Below, in pieces: positions 19,029 through 29,700 of a stretch of 64,000 nucleotides of DNA. Origin of the DNA: Bifidobacteriaceae bacterium (lineage in GTDB: Bacteria > Bacteroidota > Bacteroidia > Bacteroidales > Bacteroidaceae); the NCBI GenBank assembly GCA_963627025.1, contig CAVFZF010000004.1, positions 3,275 through 67,274 on the forward strand, given 5' to 3'. The notes below the pieces were generated by a model, which did no database searches, had not been told where the DNA came from, and was given only the letters and a program-made list of their open reading frames with translations. The position numbers and the translations under genes were made by a program. The first letter of the stretch is position 1. Each line of letters opens with the position of its first letter.

Positions 19029-20237
19029 ATGACAGTCGGAAAAATGAGATGGACATTTGTCCTCACGGTGTTGCTGGCGCTGGCGGCGTGCAGTGACAAG
19101 GAGAGCGAAACCGTTGTAGCGAAGATTTCGGGACGTGTGGCAGAGATAAACAGTTACGGACAGGTCGTGCCGGACTTCACTCCGGAGGACATGAAGAAGG
19201 CGGGTTTCGATTATGCCGACCTGATTAATGCCACAATCGGTGATGACACGAAGGTGGAAAACGTGCCTTTCCTGACGTCGTTCAACGAGAGCGGTGTACT
19301 CGAACTGTCGTATGTGGACTACAATGCCAAGGGTACGGACTACGGATTCGGACTTCTCAACGGTGACTTCCACAAGTTCGTGGGAGGCAAGGTGGGTGAC
19401 AAGGTCGTGATGACACTGGCGAAAAAAGGCGGCTACAAGAAGAACTACGACCTGCTGAGATCCGTCTACCCCGAGGAAAGGCGTGCCAATGAGACGGCGG
19501 AACAGTATGCCAATTTCCGCATGATAACGACTTCGGGCATGGCAGAGGGTGTCATCTACCGTTCGAGCAATCCTCTCAACTGTGTCAACAACGCCTGCCG
19601 CTACCGTGTGGCTGACAGTCTTGCCCGTGTGGTAGGCATCAAGACGGAGATAGACCTCGCCGATACAGAGGAGAAAGTGGAAAAGTATATGGCTACCGAA
19701 GGGTATGAGTCGGAGTACTGTCCACAACTGTTCAGAGCAGGAAATACCATAACCTGCGGTATGTCTGCCGCCATTTTCGACGATGCGTTCAAGGCTAAAA
19801 TGGGACAGATTGTGAAGTTCATGATAGCCCACGAACCGCCTTACCTCGTCCATTGCAACGAAGGCAAGGACAGATGCGGCTTTGTGTCGATGCTGTTTGA
19901 GGCTCTGCAGGGCGCGAGTGCCGAGGAACTGCGTGACGACTATATGGAGACGATGCTCAATTTCTACCAGATAGAAAAGGGCGGAGAGTCCTACCGGTTG
20001 CGCCAGACGATAGCCATAGACCGCATGATATGGGTGCTGTGCAACGAGGAGTCACTTGCCAACTACAAGGAAATACGTTGGGATGACATAGACGTTCTTG
20101 CCATAAAGAGCGACGAACTGCAGGCAGCCGCACGCAATTACCTCAGTGAGTGCGGAGTGAGTGACCAGGAATGCGACACCTTGATGAACATTCTCGCAGG
20201 AAAGAAAACCGTCACTGACGCAGCCGGTACACACTGA
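19029..20237 (+). CDS. Lipoprotein PTP-like (MptpB/LipA-type) phosphatase with an N-terminal domain resembling the SAM hydroxide adenosyltransferase C-terminal domain
   Basis: Start 19029 or 19044; lipobox LAAC; ANFRM..IYRSS; CX5R P-loop HCNEGKDRCG; N-terminal GRVAEINSYGQV...GKVGDKVVM. Confidence 0.75.
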   Translation: MTVGKMRWTFVLTVLLALAACSDKESETVVAKISGRVAEINSYGQVVPDFTPEDMKKAGFDYADLINATIGDDTKVENVPFLTSFNESGVLELSYVDYNAKGTDYGFGLLNGDFHKFVGGKVGDKVVMTLAKKGGYKKNYDLLRSVYPEERRANETAEQYANFRMITTSGMAEGVIYRSSNPLNCVNNACRYRVADSLARVVGIKTEIDLADTEEKVEKYMATEGYESEYCPQLFRAGNTITCGMSAAIFDDAFKAKMGQIVKFMIAHEPPYLVHCNEGKDRCGFVSMLFEALQGASAEELRDDYMETMLNFYQIEKGGESYRLRQTIAIDRMIWVLCNEESLANYKEIRWDDIDVLAIKSDELQAAARNYLSECGVSDQECDTLMNILAGKKTVTDAAGTH

Positions 20238-20239
20238 CC

Positions 20240-21403
20240 ATGAAGGAGAAGATGTCCCTCGGGCTTTGGATGTCGCTGCTCAGCCTCACCTTTGCCTCGT
20301 TTATATTCAACACGTCGGAGTTCGTTCCCATCGGGCTTCTTTCCGATATAAAGAACGATTTCGGTCTTACGGAGGCAACGGTGGGTATGCTTGTGTCTGT
20401 CTATGCGTGGGCTGTGATGATTCTTTCGCTTCCTCTGATGCTGCTTGTGTCGAGGATGGAACTGCGCAAACTCATGCTCTGGCTTCTGGGACTGTTCACT
20501 CTGTTTCAGGTCATGTCGTTCCTTTCCACGAGTTATGCCATGCTCATGTGCTCCCGATTGGGTGTCGCCTGCACCCATGCGGTTTTCTGGTCGGTAATAT
20601 CACCCATTGCCGTGCGCATCGTGCCCGACCGTTTCCGTTCCCTAGCACTTAGCATGGTGGTCACAGGTTCGTCCATAGCGATGATTCTCGGAATGCCTCT
20701 CGGGCGTGTGATAGGTCTCCATGTCGGTTGGAGAATGACGTTCCTGAGCATTGGCATCTTCTCTGCCTTCACGTTTGTGTATGCCGCCTTTCGTTTGCCG
20801 AAGTTGCCGAGCCGCGGAGGCTTCTCTGTCAGCAAACTGCCGAAACTGCTTAACCAGAAAGGCATTGTGGGCATTTATATCTTCACGCTGCTCATCTCGT
20901 CGAGTTACTATGTGGCCTACAGTTACATAGAACCGTTCCTCAAGCAGGTCGTGCATATGGCGGACACGACGGTGACTGCCTCCTTGATGGTCTACGGCGG
21001 TGCCGGATTCTTGGGCAGCATAGCATTTTCAAAATTCTACAACCGCAACAGGAAGCGGTTCATAACTGCAGTCGTGGCGTGCATGTCCGTCTGTCTTGCT
21101 CTGCTCTATCCCGTCTCTTTCAGTGTGCCGCTTGTCTTGGCGGTGTGCGTGTTGTGGGGTATGGCGGCTACAGCCTATAATGTGGCGATGCAATCCAATA
21201 TCATTCTTGTCACGACACCCGAGAGCACGTCGGTGGCAATGTCCATTTTTTCAGGCATCTTCAACCTTGGCATAGGCAGCGGAGCATTCCTTGGCGGTGC
21301 TATCTGTACCCACGGCACAATCGCCTATATAGGTTTTGCCGGTTCGGTGCTCGGCTTTGCCGGTCTTGCCTATTGGCTTTTGCGGCTGGGAAACAGGCTG
21401 TAA
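20240..21403 (+). CDS. MFS transporter, DHA1/SotB-AraJ sugar-efflux type
   Basis: About 12 hydrophobic segments; FIFNTSEFVPIGLLSDI; GWRMTF; IFNLGIGSGAFLGG; starts 2 bp after the phosphatase stop. Confidence 0.88.
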   Translation: MKEKMSLGLWMSLLSLTFASFIFNTSEFVPIGLLSDIKNDFGLTEATVGMLVSVYAWAVMILSLPLMLLVSRMELRKLMLWLLGLFTLFQVMSFLSTSYAMLMCSRLGVACTHAVFWSVISPIAVRIVPDRFRSLALSMVVTGSSIAMILGMPLGRVIGLHVGWRMTFLSIGIFSAFTFVYAAFRLPKLPSRGGFSVSKLPKLLNQKGIVGIYIFTLLISSSYYVAYSYIEPFLKQVVHMADTTVTASLMVYGGAGFLGSIAFSKFYNRNRKRFITAVVACMSVCLALLYPVSFSVPLVLAVCVLWGMAATAYNVAMQSNIILVTTPESTSVAMSIFSGIFNLGIGSGAFLGGAICTHGTIAYIGFAGSVLGFAGLAYWLLRLGNRL

Positions 21404-21429
21404 AGGCGGCTGAAACCAGGCTTTCTGCA

Positions 21430-21491
21430 CAAATATTGCATTTACTGGGGCAAATGTATTGTCCCTTTACTGTGTAATGTTCCTAATTTTG
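21430..21491 (+). promoter_or_regulatory. Promoter for GH95-GH2 (-7 TAATTTTG, 21484-21491) with CAAAT repeat at 21-bp period
   Basis: TAnnTTTG; CAAAT at 21430 and 21451; AATGTAT (reverse complement of ATACATT) at 21453. Confidence 0.55.
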
Positions 21492-21537
21492 CAGTCGGGA
21501 AAAACTGAAGACAAGTTATACTAACGACTGCAAGAAA

Positions 21538-23880
21538 ATGCTGACTTTAAGTTTCAAGAAAATTGTTTGTGCGCTCTGTCTGGCAATATCCGTACCTTCG
21601 GTTGCCGCAGAACGCCAATATGTGTTGAATTATTCCCGACCTGCCGGCGAATGGATAGAGGCTTTGCCCATGGGCAACGGCCGCCTGGGCACAATGGTCT
21701 ACGGCGGCACGGCCATTGAAACGGTGGCTCTCAATGAGGTGACACTCTGGTCGGGACAGGAAGACCCGTCAGCCAATGACCTCTGTGGGGCGGAACGTCT
21801 GCGTGAGATGCGTGAGGCGTTTTTCCGTGGAGACGTGTCCAAGGGCAACGAACTGGGCGAAAAGTACCTCTCGGGTCACGGTAAGAGTTTCGGCACACAC
21901 CTGCCTTTCGGCAGTCTGAGGATAGAACGTCCCGGCATATCCGCTCCGCTGGTGACGGACTACAGACGTTCGCTCTGCATGAACGATGCCGTGGCAACAG
22001 TCTCGTTCAAGTGTGGGGCGGTAACATATACCAATGAATATTTCACGAGCAATCCCGATCAGGTGTCAGTGTTGCGCCTGAGGGCTGACCGTAAGCACAG
22101 TGTTTCACTGCGACTTGGCGTGGATATGCTGCGTCACAGCACCGTGACGGCAGACAACAGCGGCCTTGATATTGAGGGTGATGCCCGCTTTGACAAGAAC
22201 GGAGAGGGCGGCGTACGGTTCAGGGGAATGGTGCGGGTCATTCCTGTGGGCGGTAAGGTGAGCCACGATGCGGCGTCGGTGACAATAGAGAATGCCGATG
22301 AGGTGATGCTTGTCATGGACATCCGTACCGATTACCGCAATTCCGGTTATCGCCAACAGGTGGTTTCTACGGTGGAGAATGCCGCCAAGAAGGGTTGGAA
22401 ATCGTTGAAGAAGGCACATACGGCTGACTTTTCGCACATCTTCAACCGTATGGACATTGACCTCGGGGGCAGCCTCCAGGCGTCAACAAATACAGATACG
22501 CTCTTCGCCGATGCCCACTCGGGAAAGCCGTCCCCGGCTTTCGACGCCCTGTTTTTCCAGTACGGACGCTATATGCTAATCTCTTCGTCACGCGAAAACT
22601 CGCCTCTTCCGGCCAACCTTCAAGGAATCTGGAACGATAATCTGGCGTGTAATATGCCGTGGACGTGCGACTATCATCTCGACATAAACATCCAGCAGAA
22701 CTACTGGTCGGCAAATATCGCCAATATGGCGGAGACCAATATGCCCCTGTTTGCCTATATCAGACTTCTTGCAGACTATGGCAGTGAGACGGCGAAGCGC
22801 ATGTATGGCTGCCGCGGATGGGTTGCCCACACCATCAACAACGTGTGGGGCGACACGGCACCGGGCAGTGGAGTGGGTTGGGCAATGAACGTTACGGCGG
22901 GCGCATGGCTCGCTACGCAACTGTGGGCTCACTATGATTACACCCATGATGTGGAGTGGCTGCGCCGTGAAGGCTATCCGCTCATGAAGCGCACGGCGGA
23001 GTTTTTCGTCGACTATATGGTGGAAGATCCGGCTAACGGCTACCTGCTCACAGGGCCGAGCATATCGCCAGAGAACAGTTTTATGTATGCCGGGCGCGGC
23101 TATAGTCTGTCGATGATGCCGACAATAGACCGTGCCGTGGTGCACGACATATACAATGCATGTATCAAGTCGAGTGAGGTGCTCGGTATAGATACGGCTT
23201 TCCGCAAACGGCTTGAGCATGACATCCGCCTCCTGCCGCCATATAAAATAGGGGCAGACGGTACATTGAACGAGTGGTATCTTGATGTCAGCCGCACCGA
23301 TATGTCTCACCGACACGCTTCTCATCTGCTGGGGCTCTATCCTTTCGGGGAGATTTCGCCTGAGCGCAATCCGACCCTGGCAAAGGCCTGTGAGACGTTT
23401 CTTGACAGACAAACCCACAACGGACGTTGGGAAGACAATGAGTGGAGCCGGGGAAACATGATAAATTTCTATGCAAGGCTGAAGAATCCAGATGAAGCCT
23501 ACGCCGCCCTCGTCGGGTTGTACACCGGTTTTATGCGTGAGAATCTTATGACAGTTTCACCGGCAGGCATAGCCGGTGCAGAGCACGACATATTCAGTTT
23601 CGATGCCACCGAGGCTGCCGTGGCTGGCGTGTGCGAGATGCTGTTGCAGAGTTACGACGGTTATCTGGATTTCCTTCCCTCGCTACCCTCGCAATGGAAA
23701 GACGGTAGCGTGAGGGGAATATGTGCCCGTGGAGGAATGGAAGCGGACATCACATGGCGTGACGGCAAGGTTGTGGCGGCGTCAGTCACAAGCAAGAGCA
23801 GTCAGTCGGTGACCGTCAAGGTCAATGGAAAGAAGCGCAAGGTGGCACTCAAAGCAGGCAAGAAGACGCGCATAGTATAG
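21538..23880 (+). CDS. GH95 glycoside hydrolase (alpha-L-fucosidase or alpha-L-galactosidase)
   Basis: EALPMGNGRLG; LNEVTLWSG; FQYGRYMLISSSR; PANLQGIWN; YHLDINIQQNYW; SPEN; HRHASHLLGLYP. Confidence 0.95.
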   Translation: MLTLSFKKIVCALCLAISVPSVAAERQYVLNYSRPAGEWIEALPMGNGRLGTMVYGGTAIETVALNEVTLWSGQEDPSANDLCGAERLREMREAFFRGDVSKGNELGEKYLSGHGKSFGTHLPFGSLRIERPGISAPLVTDYRRSLCMNDAVATVSFKCGAVTYTNEYFTSNPDQVSVLRLRADRKHSVSLRLGVDMLRHSTVTADNSGLDIEGDARFDKNGEGGVRFRGMVRVIPVGGKVSHDAASVTIENADEVMLVMDIRTDYRNSGYRQQVVSTVENAAKKGWKSLKKAHTADFSHIFNRMDIDLGGSLQASTNTDTLFADAHSGKPSPAFDALFFQYGRYMLISSSRENSPLPANLQGIWNDNLACNMPWTCDYHLDINIQQNYWSANIANMAETNMPLFAYIRLLADYGSETAKRMYGCRGWVAHTINNVWGDTAPGSGVGWAMNVTAGAWLATQLWAHYDYTHDVEWLRREGYPLMKRTAEFFVDYMVEDPANGYLLTGPSISPENSFMYAGRGYSLSMMPTIDRAVVHDIYNACIKSSEVLGIDTAFRKRLEHDIRLLPPYKIGADGTLNEWYLDVSRTDMSHRHASHLLGLYPFGEISPERNPTLAKACETFLDRQTHNGRWEDNEWSRGNMINFYARLKNPDEAYAALVGLYTGFMRENLMTVSPAGIAGAEHDIFSFDATEAAVAGVCEMLLQSYDGYLDFLPSLPSQWKDGSVRGICARGGMEADITWRDGKVVAASVTSKSSQSVTVKVNGKKRKVALKAGKKTRIV

Positions 23881-23931
23881 GAGATATATAACAGGAGAAT
23901 TTAAGATATGGAGATAAAAGGAAATAGAGAT

Positions 23932-26595
23932 ATGAGGAAGAAAATTTTGTTGCTGTTGACGTTGTTGGCTTTTGCGGTGCAGACATACGCTTCGGTAACA
24001 GTGAGACCGTTGCATTCGGGTTGGCGTTTCCGTCAGGGAGACTCAGAGATATGGCATGATGCCAAGGTGCCTGGCAATGTTCATCTTGACCTTATGCGTG
24101 CAAATATTATCGATGACCCTTACTACAGGCTCAACGAACGTGGGGTACAGTGGATTGACAAGGCGGACTGGATGTATGAGACGTACATAGAACCTACGGC
24201 AGAAGAACTGCAGGCGGAGAATCAGGAGATAGTATTCAAGGGGCTGGACACCTATGCCGACGTTTACCTCAATAGTCATCAACTGGTGTGCACCGACAAT
24301 ATGCATCGTGAATGGAGGTGCAATGTCAAGGGAATATTAAAGGAGGGAAAGAACCATTTCGAGGTTTATTTTCACTCTCCGATACGCCGCAACATCCCGA
24401 AATTTGACGCTTTGCCCTATCGGCACAATACAGGTCCCGACCAATCGTGGCTCGGCGGCATCTTCGACAAGACGGTAAGCCCGTTTGCGCGTACTGCAAG
24501 TTATGAGTACGGATGGGACTGGGGACCGCGCCTTGTGACGTTCGGGATATGGCGTCCGGTACAGTTGGAGACGTGGAACGGACAGAAGATAGCCAATGTC
24601 TGGCACATCCAGAATGACGTGAATGCCCGTCGGGCTTCCCTTTCCACCGTAGTGGAGATAGAAGCGACAGGCGAAAAGCAGTGTGTGGTGTCGGTTTCCG
24701 CTGACGGAAAGAGCCTTGCCTCGCAAACGGTTTCCCTGAAGAAAGGCATCAACAAAGTGCGTCTTGACTATGTGATGAACAAGCCCCGGCTGTGGTGGAC
24801 AAACGGTTTGGGAGAGGCTTATCTGTATGATTTCAAGACGACAGTGGCGGATGCCGTCGGCAACGAGTTGGATGCAGAAGAGGAAAAGATAGGCATACGC
24901 TCGCTCAAACTCCACAACGACAAGGACCAGTACGGACATAATCTCTATTTCGAACTCAACGGTGAACCACTGTATGCAAAGGGGTCAAACATGATACCCA
25001 ACGACAATTTCCTCAGCAGATGCACCGATTCCGTTTACAAAGCCGTGGTGCAGGATGCCAAGGCGGTAAATATGAACATCATAAGAGTATGGGGCGGAGG
25101 TGTCTATGAGGACGACTCCTTCTATGAAGAATGTGACAGAAACGGCATCTTGGTGTGGCAAGACTTCATGTTTGCGTGTTGCACCTATCCTGCGGACTCC
25201 GCTTTTCTGGAGAGCGTGCGCCATGAAGCAATCTACAATGTGAGGCGTTTGCGCAACCATGCCTGCCTTGCCGTATTGGTAGGCAACAATGAATGTCAGG
25301 ACGTGTGGTACGGTTGGGGCAACAAAAAGAAACAACTCGACGAGATGGGGTACGGTGAGGAAGTGGGGAAACAGCAGCACGCGCTTTTCCATGAACTTCT
25401 TCCCGAGGTAGTGAAGGAGTATGCTCCCAACATCAGTTACCGTCCCTCAAGTCCCTATGCCTTTGAAGATACGCCAAGTGACGGCATAAACGGTGATGAC
25501 CATTATTGGGGAGTATGGCATGGAGCAGAGCCGTTTGATGCCTACAATGACCATCGTGTGCGCTTCCAAAGCGAGTACGGATTCCAGTCGTTTCCCGAAT
25601 ACGAGTCGGTATTGCGGTTCGCACCATTTGCGGAAGACCACAACATCTACTCCGAAGTGATGATGCAGCACCAGAAGGCAGGTACTTATGCCAATCACCG
25701 AATAGAGGAATACATGAGGCGTGACTATCATGTGCCGGCAGATTTCAGGCACTTCCTCTATGTCAGTCAACTGATGCAGGGTGACGGAGTCAAGGTCGGT
25801 ATGGAGGCTTACCGCCGTGACCGTCCGTATTGTATGGGCAGTATTGTGTGGCAACTCAACGACTGTTGGCCTGTCGCTTCGTGGAGCAGCCGTGACTATT
25901 ACGGCCGTTGGAAAGCGCTGCACTACTTCACACGCTACGCCTATGATGACATTTTGGTGTCTCCACGCATGAGAAAGGTGGGCGGAACGACAAAGAAATC
26001 CGACCGTCAAGTGTCGAATCTGCCGAGTGAGGCCAATGCACAACTTGCCGTAAACGGCGATTCGACAGTGGGAGAGGACAAGGAGTTGGAGATAAAACTC
26101 GTGAACGACCGTCGCACGGCGGCAAAAGGCGTGCTGTGCATACAGACGGTAACGATGGACGGACGCACGGTCTACAGTGACAAATTCACCGTAAAGATTC
26201 CAAAGAATGACGCAGCAAATGTGCTGACACGCAGTGTGGACGCAATGCTTGGAGGCGAGCGCAGAGAGGACGTGGTGTTCTATGTGACATTCACTACAGG
26301 TGGAAAGGTGTACTCAAACATCGCTTATGCGGAAAGCCAGAAAAACATGAACTATCTGAAACCCCGGATTAAGGCGGAGGTGACGGCGGCGGACGGCGGC
26401 TATAATGTCACTCTGACGACGGATGTTTTTGCCAGAGGCGTGTATATGTCAGTCAAAGGCACAGATGATTTCTTCGCTGACAACTACTTTGATATGCTTC
26501 CCGGTACGAGCCGAACGGTATATGTGCGTTCCGCAAAGGATATCTCCACCTTCCGCAAGGAACTGGAGGTGCTGTCACTTGCCGATACTTATTGA
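23932..26595 (+). CDS. Beta-mannosidase, GH2
   Basis: Start likely ATG 23932 (MRKKILLL signal peptide); YGWDWGP; IRVWGGG; WQDFMFAC; GNNE; SEYGFQS; WQLNDCWP. Confidence 0.93.
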   Translation: MRKKILLLLTLLAFAVQTYASVTVRPLHSGWRFRQGDSEIWHDAKVPGNVHLDLMRANIIDDPYYRLNERGVQWIDKADWMYETYIEPTAEELQAENQEIVFKGLDTYADVYLNSHQLVCTDNMHREWRCNVKGILKEGKNHFEVYFHSPIRRNIPKFDALPYRHNTGPDQSWLGGIFDKTVSPFARTASYEYGWDWGPRLVTFGIWRPVQLETWNGQKIANVWHIQNDVNARRASLSTVVEIEATGEKQCVVSVSADGKSLASQTVSLKKGINKVRLDYVMNKPRLWWTNGLGEAYLYDFKTTVADAVGNELDAEEEKIGIRSLKLHNDKDQYGHNLYFELNGEPLYAKGSNMIPNDNFLSRCTDSVYKAVVQDAKAVNMNIIRVWGGGVYEDDSFYEECDRNGILVWQDFMFACCTYPADSAFLESVRHEAIYNVRRLRNHACLAVLVGNNECQDVWYGWGNKKKQLDEMGYGEEVGKQQHALFHELLPEVVKEYAPNISYRPSSPYAFEDTPSDGINGDDHYWGVWHGAEPFDAYNDHRVRFQSEYGFQSFPEYESVLRFAPFAEDHNIYSEVMMQHQKAGTYANHRIEEYMRRDYHVPADFRHFLYVSQLMQGDGVKVGMEAYRRDRPYCMGSIVWQLNDCWPVASWSSRDYYGRWKALHYFTRYAYDDILVSPRMRKVGGTTKKSDRQVSNLPSEANAQLAVNGDSTVGEDKELEIKLVNDRRTAAKGVLCIQTVTMDGRTVYSDKFTVKIPKNDAANVLTRSVDAMLGGERREDVVFYVTFTTGGKVYSNIAYAESQKNMNYLKPRIKAEVTAADGGYNVTLTTDVFARGVYMSVKGTDDFFADNYFDMLPGTSRTVYVRSAKDISTFRKELEVLSLADTY

Positions 26596-26603
26596 GGCAA
26601 TTG

Positions 26604-26671
26604 CCGCCGATACGCAATCGGGAAACCGTGCCTTTTTTGCAGGAAGAGGGTTGTGCGTATCGGCGGTTTTT
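26604..26671 (+). terminator. Probable intrinsic terminator after GH2 (13-bp perfect stem, 37-nt inner segment, T5)
   Basis: CCGCCGATACGCA (26604-26616) and TGCGTATCGGCGG (26654-26666), then TTTTT. Confidence 0.55.
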
Positions 26672-26681
26672 CCTAAATTTG
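26651..26681 (+). promoter_or_regulatory. Promoter of the HTCS gene (-33 TTG, -7 TAAATTTG)
   Basis: TTG 26651-26653, 20-nt spacer, TAAATTTG 26674-26681. Confidence 0.6.
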
Positions 26682-26706
26682 TAAACAAATCTATTACAAT
26701 CCACTG

Positions 26707-29700
26707 ATGAAAACAAACAAGATTGTCCGCTTGTATATAAAATTATATATTTGTAAGGTTGTCTCGGCGATATTTTTGCTGGGATTTCTCGCCCCGGTGC
26801 AGGCACAGCAACGTTTCTTCTTGCCCCTTGACACCCGTAACGGACTGTCGGAGAACAATGTGAAATGCATTGTCCAGGACAACGCCGGATTTATGTGGTT
26901 CGGTACGAAGAACGGACTTAACCGCTATGACGGAGTCTCTTTCAAACTCTACAATGTGGATGACTACGTGAAAAAATGTGGCAACCACAATGTGTCGGCA
27001 CTCTATGAAGACAACAGTCACCGACTTTGGGTGGGTACAGATAAGGGCGTCTACATCTTTGATCCTGTGCAGGAGACATTCACCCTCTTTGATACTACAG
27101 TGAGCAGTGGCGAGAAAATAGACAACTGGATAGCCCGGATAATGGGTGACAGACACGGAAACGTGTGGATAATAGCCCCCAACCAGGGTGCGTTCCGTTA
27201 TGAGTTGTCTACCAAGAGGCTCTTTCTCTACAACTATTCGCACGCCGCCTACGACTATCATGACAATCCTTCGTGCATCTGTATGCGCCAAAACGGAGAT
27301 GTATGGTTCGCTACCGACGGCGGAGGACTGCTCCACTACGACAGTAAAGAACAGAGGATGACGGTTGTGGCCGAAGACAGGAACGGCAATACCCTGTGCG
27401 GTTACGAGTTCTATGCCATGTGCGACTACGGTGAATGGATAGCCATTGCCGACCATGAAGGCAGGCTCATGAAATACAATCCCACGACAAAAGAACTGAA
27501 AGACGTGAATGCGCCGAACGTGCACTACAAACTGTTGCGTGCATTGCTCTATGACGGCAAGGAACTTTGCGTGGGAACACAGGACGGGCTCTACTTTGTT
27601 GATGAGGCTGTCGGCCGTGAGGAACAAATCAAAGCCAACAATCTGCACCCTTACGGTTTGGCTTCAAACATGATATACTCGCTCTATCACGACCGCGACG
27701 GTGGTCTTTGGGTTGGCACAATCTACAACGGAGTGTTCTATATGCCCCGAAACGGAATGAAATTCAGGAACTTTATCCCCATTCCAGGGCAGAACTCGCT
27801 GAGTGGCCGTAATATCCGTGAACTGCGCAATGACTCTATGGGGCGTGTGTGGATAGCATCGGAGGAGGGTACTCTCGACGTGTATGATCCGTACACCGGC
27901 TTGTTCCGGAATGTCGATGTGACGAAATACAAGGGCGGCAACAACCGCCTTGCGCTCATGCAAGACGGAGACAAGATGTGGGTAGGGGTATTCAAGAACG
28001 GTGTTGATGTGATAGACATCCACAGCCTGCAGTCAAACCACTACTCGCCTTCGCAACTCGGGATTTATGCAGAGGGTTCCCCTTACGCATTGTTCAAGGA
28101 CAGCAAGTCCCGGATATGGATGGGTACGGGCCGTGGCGTCTACCTGAAAGGCGAAGGAATGCACTTTTTCAAGATAGATGTTCTGGAGGATGCCTTTATC
28201 CAGGATATCGCTGAAGACCGCAACGGGAATATCTGGGTGGCTTCAATGGGCAGCGGCGTGTATGTCTATAGTCCCCAGACAGGAAAGGTGAAACGATTCT
28301 GTGTCAACGGAAAAGGAAACAGCATAAGTTCCAATTCGGTAAGCAGCGTTTCGTTTGACCACAACGGAAATCCGTGGTTTGCCACCGATAGAGGAGGCAT
28401 CTGCCGCTATGACATGAAAACGAAACGCTTCGAGTCGTTTTCTTCCGGCAACTTTTTGCCTGACGATGTCACCTACAAGATGTTGGAAGACAAAAACGGC
28501 AACCTCTGGTTTGGTACCAATCATGGTCTCGTTTGCTTCAATCCCACCAGTCATTCTGTGGCAGTCTACGGTAGTTGGAATGGTCTTATAGATAACCAGT
28601 TCAGTTACAAATCGGCTGTAAAGACGGCGAAAGGAACGTTCCTTTTCGGTGGTATGAGCGGTTTGGTGGAGTTTGACCCGCTTGTCATAACTCCCAAGGC
28701 GCAGCGGATATTCATCACCAACATACGCATAAACGGCTGTGAGCAACGTCCCGGAGAGGGTATCCTTGACGGAAATATCCTTCAGACAGAAAAGATACAC
28801 CTGCCGCACGACATGAACAACGTGTCGTTTGACGTGTCAAACCAGAACTATGACGGCACGCAAAGCAAGTTGTATGAATACAAAATGGAGGGCGTTGACG
28901 GAGAGTGGAACCGTTCGCTGGGCGGAACGGCAATCGCTTACACGCGGTTGCAGCCCGGAAAATACACTTTTATGGTGCGTCCTGCCGGAAACGAGAAGGC
29001 GGTTCGCAAACTCGTGATAGTGGTGAATCATCCGTGGTACTCGACAATCTGGGCGAAGACAGTATACTTCTTGATGCTTTGTTGTGTAGTCTATCTGCTG
29101 CTCCGGATGTATCATCAACGCCAGATACGTCATCTGAAACGCCGTGAAAGAGCCATGAACGAAGAGCGTGACAAGGAGTTGCTGAAGGCAAAGATATCGT
29201 TCTTTACCAATATAACCCATGAGTTGCGCACTCCGCTTACACTCATCAACGGGTCGGTGGAGAACATCACGCAGGAGAAAGTGGACAATCCGAAACTCAA
29301 CCGCAATATCAATGCCATTGACAAGAACTGCAAACGGTTGCTGAATCTAACCAACCAGTTGCTCGACTTCCGCAAGATAGAGTCGAATGCAACAAGTCTC
29401 AGTATCACTGAATTTGATGTCTGCAAGTTGATGACATCCATTGTCGACCGTTTTGAACCGGCTGTCACCAACCTCAGAAAACTGATAACGCTTGACCTGA
29501 AGGAGGATGATGTGATGCTGCAGGCGGACAGGGAGGCGTTCACAAAGATAATAAGCAACCTTCTCAACAACGCACGCAAATATTCTGAGACGTTTATCCA
29601 AGTGGAACTCTATGTCCAGGGAGACTGTCTGTGGATTTCAGTCATCAATGACGGTACTCTGATACCGGCAGACAAAACGGAACTGATATTCCAACCGTTT

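Noticed and set aside
23878..23935. Purine-rich GAGATA repeats between GH95 and GH2
   Set aside because: Short, irregularly spaced and consistent with an ordinary A-rich translation initiation region.
26604..26666. Inverted repeat as an invertible (phase-variable) promoter
   Set aside because: Only 37 bp inside, the -7 box is outside the repeats and no recombinase is in the window; a terminator is the simpler reading.
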